A DNA stretch of 64,000 bases, taken from positions 2,880,001 to 2,944,000 of the forward strand of contig OZ253555.1 of assembly GCA_965262725.1 (NCBI GenBank), written 5' to 3'. This DNA comes from Dehalococcoidia bacterium (GTDB lineage Bacteria; Chloroflexota; Dehalococcoidia; UBA2979). A model generated the notes under the pieces. It was not told the origin of the DNA and searched no databases. It worked only from the letters and a program-made list of their open reading frames with translations. Positions 40,941 to 52,334 of this stretch are shown here, piece by piece (position 1 is the first letter of the stretch; the number at the start of each line of letters is the position of its first letter). The translations under genes were made by a program, and so were the position numbers.

Positions 40941-41765
40941 CTAACCCGATGCGGCTGGCTCACGGCCGGCAATTCCCCTCACGAACTCCCGGACCCGCTC
41001 GGCCCGGCGCTCCCGCGGCGCCTCCCGGACGGCCTCGACGAACGCGCTTCCCACGATCGCCCCGTCCGCGATGCGACCCACCTCCCGCACGTGCCGCGCC
41101 GCCGAGATTCCGAAGCCGACGGCGAGCGGAAGGTCGCTCCGCGCCCGCACCCGCCCGATCAGATCGGGAAGCGACGGGGGAAGCTCCGCTCGCGGGCCGG
41201 TCACGCCGGCGACGCTCACGCAGTAGATGAACCCGCTCGCCACCTCCGCCACCCGGGCGATCCGCTCGTCGGTGGAGGTCGGCGCCAGCAGGTACACCAG
41301 GTGCAGATGTGCCGCCCGGGCCAGGACCTGAAACTCCGTGGCCTCCTCCGGAGGGAGGTCGATCACGATCAGTCCATCGATGCCCGCCTCGGCGGCGTCC
41401 CGCACGAACCTGCCCGCCCCGTAGGCGAGCAGCGGATTGAAGTATCCCATGATCAGGAACGGCACGCTAACGCCCTCCGCGCGCAGACCGCTCGTGATCG
41501 CGAAGAGCCGCTCGAGCGTCGCCCCGTTCGCGATCGCCTCCTCGTAGGCGCGCTGGTTCGTGACGCCGTCGGCGAGCGGGTCGCTGAAGGGGAAGCCCAA
41601 CTCCATCGCGTCCGCGCCGCCCTCCACCGCTGCGCGCACGATCGACGCCGTGGCGTCTGGCTCCGGCCAGCACACCGGAAGGAACGGCATGAGCGCGGGA
41701 CGCCCCTCGGCGCGCGCGCGGGCGAACGCCCGTGCGATCCGGTCCTCGCCGGAGCCGGTGCTCAC
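40941..41765 (-). CDS. trpA: Tryptophan synthase alpha chain
   Basis: 'ELGFPFSDPLADG', 'MGYFNP', 'DLPPEE', 'GFIYCVS..GVTG', 'VGFGIS', 'DGAIVGSA'. Confidence 0.96.
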   Translation of the reverse strand: MSTGSGEDRIARAFARARAEGRPALMPFLPVCWPEPDATASIVRAAVEGGADAMELGFPFSDPLADGVTNQRAYEEAIANGATLERLFAITSGLRAEGVSVPFLIMGYFNPLLAYGAGRFVRDAAEAGIDGLIVIDLPPEEATEFQVLARAAHLHLVYLLAPTSTDERIARVAEVASGFIYCVSVAGVTGPRAELPPSLPDLIGRVRARSDLPLAVGFGISAARHVREVGRIADGAIVGSAFVEAVREAPRERRAERVREFVRGIAGREPAASG

Positions 41766-42547
41766 GAGCCGGCTCCCGCCAGGTGGAGCCCGAAAGCGAG
41801 CGAGTTGAAGGCCGCGTGCGCCGCGATCGAGGTCCACAGGGAGCCCGATCGCTCCACGGCCCAGGCGAAGAGCATCCCGATGCCGGCAAACGGCGCGAGG
41901 ACGCCGAGGTTGAGGTGAAAGAGCCCGAAGAGGAGTCCGGAGAGCGCGAGCGCCGGCAGAAGCCGCGAGCGGCTCCGGAGACCCCGGTAGAGCAACCCCC
42001 GGAAGAAGATTTCCTCGCCGAGCGGCGCCGCCGCGACCACCGCGAACGCGGCCAGCAGCACCGCCGCCGGGCCGGCGTCTGCGCCGACCGGGGGCGGGTT
42101 GCCCTCCCTCAGCGCCGAGACGTCAAGACCGAGGGCCTCGGGCAGCAGGAGAAGCACCCCGTAGAGGGCGAGCACCGCGTAGGCGCCGAGCCAGGCGAGG
42201 AGCACCAGAGCCAACCGGGTCGGGCGCCGGAAGCCCAGATCGCTGAACGTGATGCCTCGCCTCCTGGCGAGGCCGAGGACGATCCCGGCCATCGCGGCGT
42301 TGACGCCGATGGCCGCTCCCACGCTCCACTCCTCGCCGCCGTCCCGCGGGGCGCCGAGGACGACGAGCAGCGCGACGGCGAGCGCGATCGCGAGCAGGAG
42401 CCCCCCCATCCCGACGACGAGGTCGGAGGCCCGCCACGGGGGGCGGGCGATGAGCGGCGTCTTCCGGCCGGTGGCAGCGCCGGGCGGCACGGAGGCGGTA
42501 GCGGCGGCCCGGGCCGGGATGGTGGCGGGGGGCCGGTCGAAGAGCAC
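41762..42547 (-). CDS. CPBP (Abi/CAAX protease) family intramembrane glutamic endopeptidase
   Basis: 'APLGEEIFFRG', 'LFGLFH', 'SLWTSIAAHAAFN'; multiple TM segments. Confidence 0.9.
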   Translation of the reverse strand: MLFDRPPATIPARAAATASVPPGAATGRKTPLIARPPWRASDLVVGMGGLLLAIALAVALLVVLGAPRDGGEEWSVGAAIGVNAAMAGIVLGLARRRGITFSDLGFRRPTRLALVLLAWLGAYAVLALYGVLLLLPEALGLDVSALREGNPPPVGADAGPAAVLLAAFAVVAAAPLGEEIFFRGLLYRGLRSRSRLLPALALSGLLFGLFHLNLGVLAPFAGIGMLFAWAVERSGSLWTSIAAHAAFNSLAFGLHLAGAGS

Positions 42548-42551
42548 GGGG

Positions 42552-43748
42552 CTAGAGCGTCAGGCCGAGGGCGTCGGCGACGGTTCCCATGTCCTTGTCG
42601 CCGCGCCCGGAGAGATTGAGCAGCACAATATCGTCGGGCTCGAGACCCTCCGCCAGCGTGCGGAGGTGGGCGATCGCGTGCGCCGGCTCGAGCGCCGGGA
42701 TGATCCCCTCACTCCGGCAGAGCAGCTCGAAGCCGGCCAGTGCCTCTTGGTCAGTCGCGGAGACGTACTCCGCGCGCTCGGCCAGCTTCAGCCACGCGTG
42801 CTCCGGCCCGACGCCCGGATAGTCGAGGCCCGCCGAGATCGAGTGAGCCTCGATGACCTGCCCGTTGCGGTCCTGCAGCACGTAGGAGCGCGCGCCGTGC
42901 AGCACCCCGGGCGCCCCCGATGAGAGCGTCGCCGCATGTCGCCCGTGCAGCCCCTCACCGGCCGCCTCCACGCCGACGAGTCGCACCGGATCGTCGCGGA
43001 AGGCATGGAAGAGGCCGATCGCGTTCGAGCCGCCGCCGACACAGGCCACCGCCACGGTCGGGAGGCGGCCCTCGGCCTCGAGCAGTTGCGCCCGCGCCTC
43101 GCGCCCGATCACGGCCTGGAAGTCGCGCACCATCTCCGGGTACGGGTGCGGCCCGACCACGCTCCCGATCAGGTAGTGCGTGCTGGCGACGTTGGTCACC
43201 CAGTCGCGGATCGCCTCGTTGATCGCGTCCTTGAGCGTACGCGAGCCGGCCGTCACCGGGCGCACCTCGGCGCCGAGGAGTTTCATCCGAAAGACGTTGA
43301 GCGATTGCCGGCGCACGTCCTCCGCTCCCATGTAGACGACGCACTCCAGGCCGAGCAGCGCGCAGGCCGTGGCCGTCGCGACGCCGTGCTGTCCGGCGCC
43401 CGTCTCCGCGACGATGCGGCTCTTCCCCATTCGACGAGCCAGGAGCGCCTGCGCGAGCGCAGCGTTGATCTTGTGCGCCCCGGTGTGCAGCAGATCCTCC
43501 CGCTTGAGGTAGATGCGCGGCCCCAGCATCTCCGAGAGGTTCGCCGCAAGGGTGAGGGGCGTCGGACGCCCGACGTAGTTTGCGAGCAGGTCATCGAGCT
43601 CGCGCTGGAAGGCGGCGTCGGAGGCCGCCCGCCGGTAGGCCGACTCCAGCTCCGCGATCGCCGGCATCAGCGTCTCGGGGATGTAGCGGCCCCCGAAGTC
43701 GCCGAAGCGCCCGCGAGCGTCGGGCAGCGTCGCCCCCGACCCGCTCAC
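42552..43748 (-). CDS. trpB: Tryptophan synthase beta chain
   Basis: '[13 protein letters not shown]', '[15 protein letters not shown]', 'AETGAGQHG', '[15 protein letters not shown]', 'NLSGRGDKD'. Confidence 0.97.
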   Translation of the reverse strand: MSGSGATLPDARGRFGDFGGRYIPETLMPAIAELESAYRRAASDAAFQRELDDLLANYVGRPTPLTLAANLSEMLGPRIYLKREDLLHTGAHKINAALAQALLARRMGKSRIVAETGAGQHGVATATACALLGLECVVYMGAEDVRRQSLNVFRMKLLGAEVRPVTAGSRTLKDAINEAIRDWVTNVASTHYLIGSVVGPHPYPEMVRDFQAVIGREARAQLLEAEGRLPTVAVACVGGGSNAIGLFHAFRDDPVRLVGVEAAGEGLHGRHAATLSSGAPGVLHGARSYVLQDRNGQVIEAHSISAGLDYPGVGPEHAWLKLAERAEYVSATDQEALAGFELLCRSEGIIPALEPAHAIAHLRTLAEGLEPDDIVLLNLSGRGDKDMGTVADALGLTL

Positions 43749-44491
43749 GCCGACGCCTCCACGCTCTTCGCCGCTCTCACGAAGGAGCGCACGAGATCGT
43801 GATCCTTGCGACCGTTGCGCTCCACCCCGGAGGCGACGTCCACGGCCCACGGCCGCACGCTCGCGATCGCCTCGGCCACGTTGGCGGGCGTGAGGCCGCC
43901 GGCGAGGAACATCGGGAGCCCCGCGGAGACGAGGCGCGCGACCTCCCAGTCGAAGATACGCCCGCTGCCGCCCCGGTAGGGGCCGTGCGCGGAGTCGAGC
44001 ATCAGCGCCACCGCGAACCCCGGCTCGACGAACGCGAGCGGATCGGTGGGGGAATCGACCGGCGAGACGTGCACGACCTGGATCGCCTGGCGCGTCAGCA
44101 GCAGGCAGTCCTCCCAGCTCTCGTCGCCAGAGAGCTGCACGAGGTCGACCTCTGCCTCCTCGGCGATCGCGTTCACCTCCTCGGGCGACTGGTCGGCGAA
44201 GACGCCGATGGTCAGCGGTCGCTTCGACTCGAGGTAGGACTCCACGAGCCTCGCCCCGTGGCGGAACCACGCCTCCGGCTCCTCGCGCACGTGCGGCCGC
44301 GCGGGGGGCGGGATGGCGAGGGGGCGCTCCGCCAGGGGATCGCCGAGCGCGCGCACCATCGCGTTCGCCTGCTGAGCGTCGACGCGGCGCTCCGAGCGCG
44401 CAAAAATCATGCCGACGAAGTCCGCTCCCGCCTCCGCCGCAGCGAGCACATCCTCTGGCGTGCGGTTGCCGCAGATCTTGACGAGGGTCAC
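43745..44491 (-). CDS. trpF: Phosphoribosylanthranilate isomerase, with ~40-aa insertion
   Basis: 'VKICG', 'GADFVGM', 'GVF', 'VQLSGDE', 'GGSGRIFDW', 'LAGGLTP.NV', 'VDVASGVE'. Confidence 0.93.
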   Translation of the reverse strand: MTLVKICGNRTPEDVLAAAEAGADFVGMIFARSERRVDAQQANAMVRALGDPLAERPLAIPPPARPHVREEPEAWFRHGARLVESYLESKRPLTIGVFADQSPEEVNAIAEEAEVDLVQLSGDESWEDCLLLTRQAIQVVHVSPVDSPTDPLAFVEPGFAVALMLDSAHGPYRGGSGRIFDWEVARLVSAGLPMFLAGGLTPANVAEAIASVRPWAVDVASGVERNGRKDHDLVRSFVRAAKSVEASA

Positions 44492-45369
44492 GGTCGAACA
44501 ACTCCTGCGACGCGCGTCGCGTCGACGAGCATCAGCTCGCGCGCTGCGGCGGCGACACCACGCTCGCCTGCGACCACGAGCGCCTCCCCGACGAGCAGCG
44601 CCCGGGCCCCCGCCCGATGCATCCGCCTGGCGCCTTCGGCCGTGCGAATCCCGGACTCGGACACCAGTGTGACGCCGGCGGGGAGGAGCGGGGCGAGCCG
44701 TTCCGTCGTCGCCAGGTCCTCATCAAAGCTCCTCAGGTCGCGGTTGTTCACGCCGATCACCCGCGCCCCGGCGTCAAGCGCGGCGCGGAGCTCATCCTCG
44801 TCGTGCACCTCGACCAGAGGCTCCATGCCCAGAGCCCGCGTGCCCTCAACCAGCTCGGCGAGCGCCTGCGGCTCCAGCATCAGTGCGATCAGGAGCGCCG
44901 CGTCGGCCCCGTTCGCGCGTGCCTCGCGCAGCTGGTACGGGTCGAAGATGAACTCCTTGCGCAAGATGGCCGGGCGCCCGGGATCCTCTCCGAACGCCCC
45001 CCGGGCCGCGCGCAGGTCGGCGATCGATCCCTGGAAGAACGCCTGCTCCGTGAGCACGGAGACGCAGGCGGCGCCGGCCGCCGCGTAGGCGCGCGCGCGG
45101 GACGCCGCGTCGAGGCTCTCGTCGAGGACCCCCTTCGACGGTGATGCCCTCTTGATCTCGGCGATGAGGTTCAGGCGCGCCCCCGCAGGCGTCAGGGGCG
45201 TGCCGGCGTCGAGCCGTGAGGCGAAGTCGACCTGACGCCCCGGCACGAGCGAGGCGAGCGTGGAGAGTTGCGACTCCGGCTGCTCGCGGCGCGTGACGGC
45301 GAGGCGCTGGCGCACGCCCGCGACGATGCGGTCGAGCACGGTGCCGGTGCGCCTCAGCGGGTCGGGCAC
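44488..45369 (-). CDS. trpC: Indole-3-glycerol phosphate synthase
   Basis: '[12 protein letters not shown]', 'SVLTE..FFQGS', 'LRKEFI', 'LVEVH', 'GVNNRDL', 'VSESGI'. Confidence 0.95.
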   Translation of the reverse strand: MPDPLRRTGTVLDRIVAGVRQRLAVTRREQPESQLSTLASLVPGRQVDFASRLDAGTPLTPAGARLNLIAEIKRASPSKGVLDESLDAASRARAYAAAGAACVSVLTEQAFFQGSIADLRAARGAFGEDPGRPAILRKEFIFDPYQLREARANGADAALLIALMLEPQALAELVEGTRALGMEPLVEVHDEDELRAALDAGARVIGVNNRDLRSFDEDLATTERLAPLLPAGVTLVSESGIRTAEGARRMHRAGARALLVGEALVVAGERGVAAAARELMLVDATRVAGVVRP

Positions 45370-45373
45370 GCCC

Positions 45374-46422
45374 TCAGCTCCGGCCGGCGGCGAGCCGGCG
45401 CGTCGCCTCGACGAAGGAGCCGACCCGAGCCGCCGCGTCGCCGCTTTCGATCGCCTCCCGCGCCTGCTCGGCGCCCTGCCGGAGCGAAGAGGCGAGACCC
45501 GCCACGTAGAGGCCGGCCGCCGCGTTGGCCACGACGAAGTCGCGCACGACGTCCGGACCGTCGCCGGCGAACACGGACCTGAGGATCGCCGCGTTCTCCT
45601 CCGGGGTGCCTCCCGGCACCTCCTCGAGCGGGTAGGCCCGTAGCCCGAGATCGCCCGGCGTGATGGTGCGGCGGGAGACCTCCTCGCCGCGCACCTCGAA
45701 GGCCGTGGTCGGGCCGGCGATCGAGATCTCGTCGAGACCCTCATCGCCCGAGACGACGAGCGCGTGCCTGACGCCGAGCCGCGCGAGAGCAAGCGCCAGC
45801 TTCTCGCCGATCTCCGCATTCGGGACGCCGAGCACGCGCGCGCCGGCGCCGGCCGGATTGGTCAGGGGGCCGAGGATGTTGAAAACCGTACGCACCCCCA
45901 GCTCGCGCCGGGGCCCGGCGGCGTGCCGCATCGCGGGGTGGTAGGCCTGGGCGAACATGAAGCCGACGCCGGTGCGCTCGATGCACTCGGCTACGGCGAC
46001 GGGATCGAGTGTCAGCTCCGCGCCGAGCGCCTCCAGCAGATCGGCCGAGCCCGAACGCGAGGTCGCCGCTCGGTTCCCGTGCTTGGCGACGACCGCCCCG
46101 GCGCCGGCCGCCACGAAGGCCGCGGCGGTCGAGACGTTGAAGCTCTTCATCCCCGATCCGCCGGTGCCGCACGTGTCGAGCAGGGGCCCCCGGTCGATCT
46201 CCACCGGGAGCACGTGCGCGCGCATCACGCGCGCCATGCCGACGATCTCGTCGACCGACTCCCCCTTGAGACGGAGCGCGACGAGGAAGGCCCCCAGCTG
46301 CGCGGGGGTCGCCTCCCCCTCCATGATCTCGCGCATCGCCGCCTGCGCCTCGGCCTCGCCAAGATCGCGCCGCGCCTCGACCAGGGCGGCGATCGCGCTC
46401 CGGATGTCGGCGCCGCCGGCCA

Positions 46423-46423
<1 letters not shown>
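45374..46423 (-). CDS. trpD: Anthranilate phosphoribosyltransferase
   Basis: 'DTCGTGG', 'FNVST', 'KHGNR..SRSGSAD', 'RTVFNILGPLTNP', 'GLDEIS'. Confidence 0.96.
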
Positions 46424-48038
<1,615 letters not shown>

Positions 48039-48048
48039 GACACCCGCC

Positions 48049-49533
48049 CTAGTAGCCGAGGCTGCCGGGCGGGACGCGGCGCGCTCGCTGCTCCGCGTCA
48101 TCGATGGCGGCGATCAGCGCGCCGGCCTTGTGCTCCGTCTCCTCGAATTCACGCTCCGGCACGGAGTCGTAGACGAGGCCGCCCCCGGCCTGGACGTGCG
48201 CCACCCCGTCTCGCATCAGCACCGTCCGGATGGTGATGCACGTTTCGACGTTGCCCGACATGTCGAAGAAGCCGACGGCGCCCGCGTAGGGGCCGCGTCG
48301 ATCGGGCTCGAGCTCCGCGATGATCTCCATCGCCCGGATCTTCGGCGCGCCGGAGACCGTCCCCGCCGGGAAGGAGGCCCTGAGCGCGTCGTAGGGCGAG
48401 AGACCGGCCCGCAGCCGCCCCTCGACGTGCGACACCATGTGGATCACGTGCGAGTAGTGCTCAAGGTCGAAGCGCTGGGTGACCTGGACGCTCCCGACCT
48501 CGGCGACCCGACCCACGTCGTTCCGCGCGAGGTCAAGCAGCATGACGTGCTCCGCGCGCTCCTTCGGGTCGGCGAGGAGCTCCTCGCCGAGGCGGGCGTC
48601 CTCGGCGGCGCTCGAGCCGCGCCGGCGCGTGCCGGCGATCGGGTGGTTCTCGACGCGCCCGTCCTCGATCTTCACCAGAAGCTCCGGCGACGCCCCGACG
48701 ACGTAGACGTCGTCGAAGCGGAGGAAGTACATGTAGGGCGAGGGGTTGATCACGCGCAGCGATCGGTAGACCTCGAAGGGCTGCGCCCCGGTCCGCCGCG
48801 AGAAGCGCTGCGAGAGCACGACTTGGATCGCGTCGCCCGCCTCGATGTACTCGCGGGTGCGCCTGACCGCGGCGAGGTAGTCGGCGCGATCCCAGTTCGA
48901 GACGACGGCCTCGCCGGTCGGCCCGACCAGCGGCGCATACGGGAGCATGGAGAGAGGTTGCGCCAGACGGCCGACCAGCTCGTCGATGCGCGACTGCGCC
49001 GCCCGGTAGGCGTCCTCCACGTCCCCGTCGAGGCGGACGTGCGCCACCACCTTCATCGTGTGGAGGAGGTGGTCGAAGACGACGAGCGTTTCCGAGAACA
49101 TCAGCCACGACTCGGCCACGCCGAGCGTGTCGCGCTCCGGCGACGGGACGCGGGGCTCGAAGTGCGACACCGCCTCGTAGCCGATATAGCCGACCCCGCC
49201 GCCGTGGAAGCGGGGGAGGCCCGGCACGCGCACCGTGCGCCAGGCGGCGAGCTCATCCTCGACGGCGCGCAGGGGGTCGCCGTCCTCCGCCTCGCACTTC
49301 AGGACGCGGTACGGATCCGTGCCGATGAAGGAGTAGCGCCCCATGCGCTCGCCGCCGTCGGCGGACTCCAGAAGGAACGAGTAAGGTCCGCGTGCCAGCT
49401 TCAGGTAGGCGGAGACCGGCGTCTCGAGGTCGGCCCGCACCTCGCGGTAGATCGGGACAACCGTCTCCCCGCCGGGTCGCGGATCCGCGGCGAGCCGCCT
49501 CACCTCGCCGAGCGCCGGGATGTGCTCGCTCAC
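48049..49533 (-). CDS. trpE: Anthranilate synthase component I
   Basis: 'DLETPVSAY', 'FLLES', 'GRYSFIG', 'NPSPYM', 'PIAGTRRRG', 'KERAEHVML', 'FPAGTVSGAPKIRAM'. Confidence 0.97.
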   Translation of the reverse strand: MSEHIPALGEVRRLAADPRPGGETVVPIYREVRADLETPVSAYLKLARGPYSFLLESADGGERMGRYSFIGTDPYRVLKCEAEDGDPLRAVEDELAAWRTVRVPGLPRFHGGGVGYIGYEAVSHFEPRVPSPERDTLGVAESWLMFSETLVVFDHLLHTMKVVAHVRLDGDVEDAYRAAQSRIDELVGRLAQPLSMLPYAPLVGPTGEAVVSNWDRADYLAAVRRTREYIEAGDAIQVVLSQRFSRRTGAQPFEVYRSLRVINPSPYMYFLRFDDVYVVGASPELLVKIEDGRVENHPIAGTRRRGSSAAEDARLGEELLADPKERAEHVMLLDLARNDVGRVAEVGSVQVTQRFDLEHYSHVIHMVSHVEGRLRAGLSPYDALRASFPAGTVSGAPKIRAMEIIAELEPDRRGPYAGAVGFFDMSGNVETCITIRTVLMRDGVAHVQAGGGLVYDSVPEREFEETEHKAGALIAAIDDAEQRARRVPPGSLGY

Positions 49534-49594
49534 GGCTGCTTCCCCGCGTGCGGCGCTTCCGCGCCGCCCACTGCGACCGGCGGCCGCCCCTCAT

Positions 49595-49625
49595 ACAGAA
49601 GGACCATCGCCCCTGCGATGGTCCT
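49595..49625 (-). terminator. Attenuator-like terminator hairpin in the trpE leader
   Basis: Perfect 11-bp stem AGGACCATCGC-N4-GCGATGGTCCT (49600-49625), followed on the minus strand by a weak U-rich tail (TCTGTAT). Confidence 0.6.
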
Positions 49626-49668
49626 CGTCGCGGAACTACCTATCCCCCGCCGCCGCGGCGTGCGGGCC

Positions 49669-49722
49669 GGGTGCTGAGCACCCCTCACATCGAGGCTACG
49701 GCCGCCCGCCGAGTAGTGTCAA
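49669..49722 (-). promoter_or_regulatory. Sigma70-type trp promoter with downstream palindromic operator candidate
   Basis: TTGACA (49722-49717), 18-nt spacer, TAGCCT (49698-49693); GGGTGCT-N-AGCACCC palindrome at 49669-49683. Confidence 0.6.
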
Positions 49723-49994
49723 CGAGAGCCGACGGACCGGGAGCAGCGCTGGCGGCATCCCCGCAAATCGCCCCGCCGGAGCTCCACGCCGGCCGGGGCG
49801 TCGGCGGCGCCGGGGGCAACACGGGCGACCGTCGCAAGCCCGCGCATCGTTTCCGTCGACTCCGCCCCGGCCCCCCGCCCGGGCCTCGGAGACGAGGTTC
49901 TTGCTCGCTGTCCGCGCGGCCGGAGGTACGGTGCCTCCCAGCCGTTGTCCCGGCGACCGCGTGGATCGTCGGTACGCCCGGCGCGGATCCCGGC

Positions 49995-50630
49995 CTAGAT
50001 CTCGAGCGGCGGGCGGGCGGGGCTGCGCCGGGCACGCTCGATGAGCGAGAGTAGTTCGTCGACCGTCGCGTCCAGATCGCCCTCCACGTTGCGCAGCACA
50101 TGGTCGAAGTGCTCCCTGCGGTCGTCCTCCGCCTCCGCCTCCCGGAGTCGGCGGGCTATCTCATCCTCCCCCTCGCCGCGCGCGCGCATCCGCTCGGCGA
50201 GCCGCCCGGGGGCATCGGGCGCGACGTAGACGAAGAGCGCGCCGGGCAGCCGTGAGCGCAGCGTCGCCGCGCCCTGCACGTCGACCCGCAGGATGGCGTC
50301 GGCGCCGGCGAGCGCGCGTCGGAGCTCCGAGCTCGGGACGCCGTAGAGGCGGCCGTAGACCCGGGCGTGCTCGACGAGTTCGCCGGCGTCGATGCGCCGC
50401 TCGAACTCATCCTCACTCACGAAGATGTAGTCCCGGCCGTTCTGCTCGCCGGCGCGGGGCGGGCGCGTGGTCATCGTGACCGGCACGCGGAAGCGGTCGC
50501 TCCGCGCGCGCAGCCGGGCGATCACGGAATCCTTCCCCACGCCAGAGGGCCCGGAGAGCACGACGAGTAGCCGATGTCGGAACTCCGGGCCGTCGCCGCC
50601 GCTGTCGCGCCCTTCGGGAGGTGTGCTCAC
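49995..50630 (-). CDS. gmk: Guanylate kinase
   Basis: 'SGPSGVGKD', 'TTRPPRAGEQNGRDYIF', 'YG..YG', 'VDVQGA'. Confidence 0.96.
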   Translation of the reverse strand: MSTPPEGRDSGGDGPEFRHRLLVVLSGPSGVGKDSVIARLRARSDRFRVPVTMTTRPPRAGEQNGRDYIFVSEDEFERRIDAGELVEHARVYGRLYGVPSSELRRALAGADAILRVDVQGAATLRSRLPGALFVYVAPDAPGRLAERMRARGEGEDEIARRLREAEAEDDRREHFDHVLRNVEGDLDATVDELLSLIERARRSPARPPLEI

Positions 50631-50890
50631 CCCGGCGAACCGGGTTCGCGCAGCGCCGCCACGCGACCGGCAAACGTCTCGGGGGTGATCGGGATCAGCG
50701 CCACCCAGTCATCGTCCAGCACGAGGACGGCCTTCGTGCGTCGTCCGCTCGTGAGGTCGACGGCCCGGCGCTGCTCCTTCCCGTGCTGCACCATCCGCTT
50801 CACCGGCGCGGAGCCCGGGGAGGCCACGGCGAGAACGCGGTTCAGCGCGACGTAGCTGTCGAAGCCAACGTGGATGAGCTCGGTCTGCAT
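50627..50890 (-). CDS. remA: DUF370 / RemA family regulator
   Basis: 'LIHVGF', 'SPGSAPVKR', 'DLTSGRRTKAV', 'PITPET'; usual position just upstream of gmk. Confidence 0.88.
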   Translation of the reverse strand: MQTELIHVGFDSYVALNRVLAVASPGSAPVKRMVQHGKEQRRAVDLTSGRRTKAVLVLDDDWVALIPITPETFAGRVAALREPGSPG

Positions 50891-50942
50891 CGCCCGCCCC
50901 TTCGGCCCCACCGGTCCGTCGCCTCCGGGGTCCGGGGAGCGC

Positions 50943-52298
50943 CTACGACGCCTCTCGGCGCGCGCCCGGGGCGTCGCGCAGGCGCTCCAGCTCCGACCAG
51001 AAGCGAGGATACGACACCGAGACCGCCTCCGAGCCCTCGACGACCGTCTCGCCCGTCGCGAGCAGACCCGCCACGGCGGCGAGCATCGCGAGGCGGTGAT
51101 CGCCGCGCGCATCCACCAACGCACCCCGCAGTGCGCCGCCACCGGAGATGAGCAGGCCGTCCGGGCGCTCCTCGACCGCCGCCCCGAACGCCTGGAGCAT
51201 GCGCGCCGTCTCGGCGATGCGATCGCTCTCCTTGACGCGCAGCTCGGCAGCGTCCGCGATCACCGTCTCACCCCCGGCGAGCGCACCGGCGAGCGCCACC
51301 AGCGGCAGCTCGTCGAGAGCCCGAAGCGCCAGATCGCCGTCGACCCGCATCCCGGCGAGCTGCGAGCTGCGGACGTGCAGGTCCGCGACCGGCTCGCCGC
51401 CGATCTCGCGCTCCTCCAGCCGCTCGATCGTCGCGCCCATCCCCTGGAGCACGTCCAGGACGCCGGTGCGCGTCTCGTTGACCCCGACCCCGGTGAGGGT
51501 CAGTTCCGCGTCGGGATGGAGCGCTGCCGCCACCAGCCAGAACGCCGCCGCGCTCAGGTCGCCGGGCACGCGGACGTCGACGGGCTCGAGATCGCCCGGC
51601 GGCGGCGAGAGGGTCACTGCGACCGCCCCGCCCGCGGCCGGCTCGCTCGCGAGATGCACGCCGCGCGCGGCGAGCATGCGTTCGGTGTGATCGCGCGTCG
51701 CCTGCGGCTCGACCACGGTGGTGGGGCCATCCGCCGCGAGCGCCGCGAGCAGGAGCGCCGACTTCACCTGCGCCGAGGCGACGCCCGTCTCGACGCGTCG
51801 CCCACCCGCGAGCGCGCCGCCCCGCACCACGATGGGGGGTCGCGTCCCCCCGCCACTCGCCGTCACGTCGGCGCCGAGCTCTCGTAGCGGACGCACCACG
51901 CGGGCCATCGGACGCTGCCTCAGCGAGGCGTCGCCCGTCAGCACGGCGAGGCCCGGCAGCCCGGAGAGGAGGCCGCTGAGGAGGCGGATGGTCGTGCCGG
52001 AGTTCTCGCAGTCGAGCACGTCCGCGGGCTCGCCGAGTCCGGAGCGACCGCGCCCACGTACCAGCAGCGCGCCCCCGCCCGGCCCCGTTCCCGGGATCTC
52101 CTCCACCTCGGTGCCGAGGGCGCGGAGGCAGGCGAGCGTCGCGCGCGTGTCTGCGGCGTCGAGGAAGTGCTCGACACGCGACTCGCCGTCGGCGAGCGCG
52201 CCGAGCATGAGCGCACGGTGTGTGATCGACTTGTCGCCGGGCACGGAGACCCTGCCGTGGAGGCGGGCCAACGGTCGGACAGTGCGGCCCTCGCCCAT
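50943..52298 (-). CDS. aroA: 3-phosphoshikimate 1-carboxyvinyltransferase (EPSP synthase)
   Basis: 'VPGDKSITHRA', 'DCENSGTTIRL', 'GDASL..RPM', 'SAQVKSA', 'RDHTERML', 'LRVKESDRI', 'DHRLAM'. Confidence 0.97.
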   Translation of the reverse strand: MGEGRTVRPLARLHGRVSVPGDKSITHRALMLGALADGESRVEHFLDAADTRATLACLRALGTEVEEIPGTGPGGGALLVRGRGRSGLGEPADVLDCENSGTTIRLLSGLLSGLPGLAVLTGDASLRQRPMARVVRPLRELGADVTASGGGTRPPIVVRGGALAGGRRVETGVASAQVKSALLLAALAADGPTTVVEPQATRDHTERMLAARGVHLASEPAAGGAVAVTLSPPPGDLEPVDVRVPGDLSAAAFWLVAAALHPDAELTLTGVGVNETRTGVLDVLQGMGATIERLEEREIGGEPVADLHVRSSQLAGMRVDGDLALRALDELPLVALAGALAGGETVIADAAELRVKESDRIAETARMLQAFGAAVEERPDGLLISGGGALRGALVDARGDHRLAMLAAVAGLLATGETVVEGSEAVSVSYPRFWSELERLRDAPGARREAS

Positions 52299-52334
52299 CG
52301 GCTCAGGCTCCCCCGGCGCGGCGCCGGAGCGCCC

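Noticed and set aside
40733-40960. T-box, aromatic leader peptide or c-di-AMP riboswitch upstream of aroH
   Set aside because: GGGTGGCACACG lacks the ACC of the T-box bulge and there is no stem I or terminator; ORF MNGSYGGW... does not stop early; the GCTAACCCG resemblance is on the wrong strand and overlaps the trpA end.
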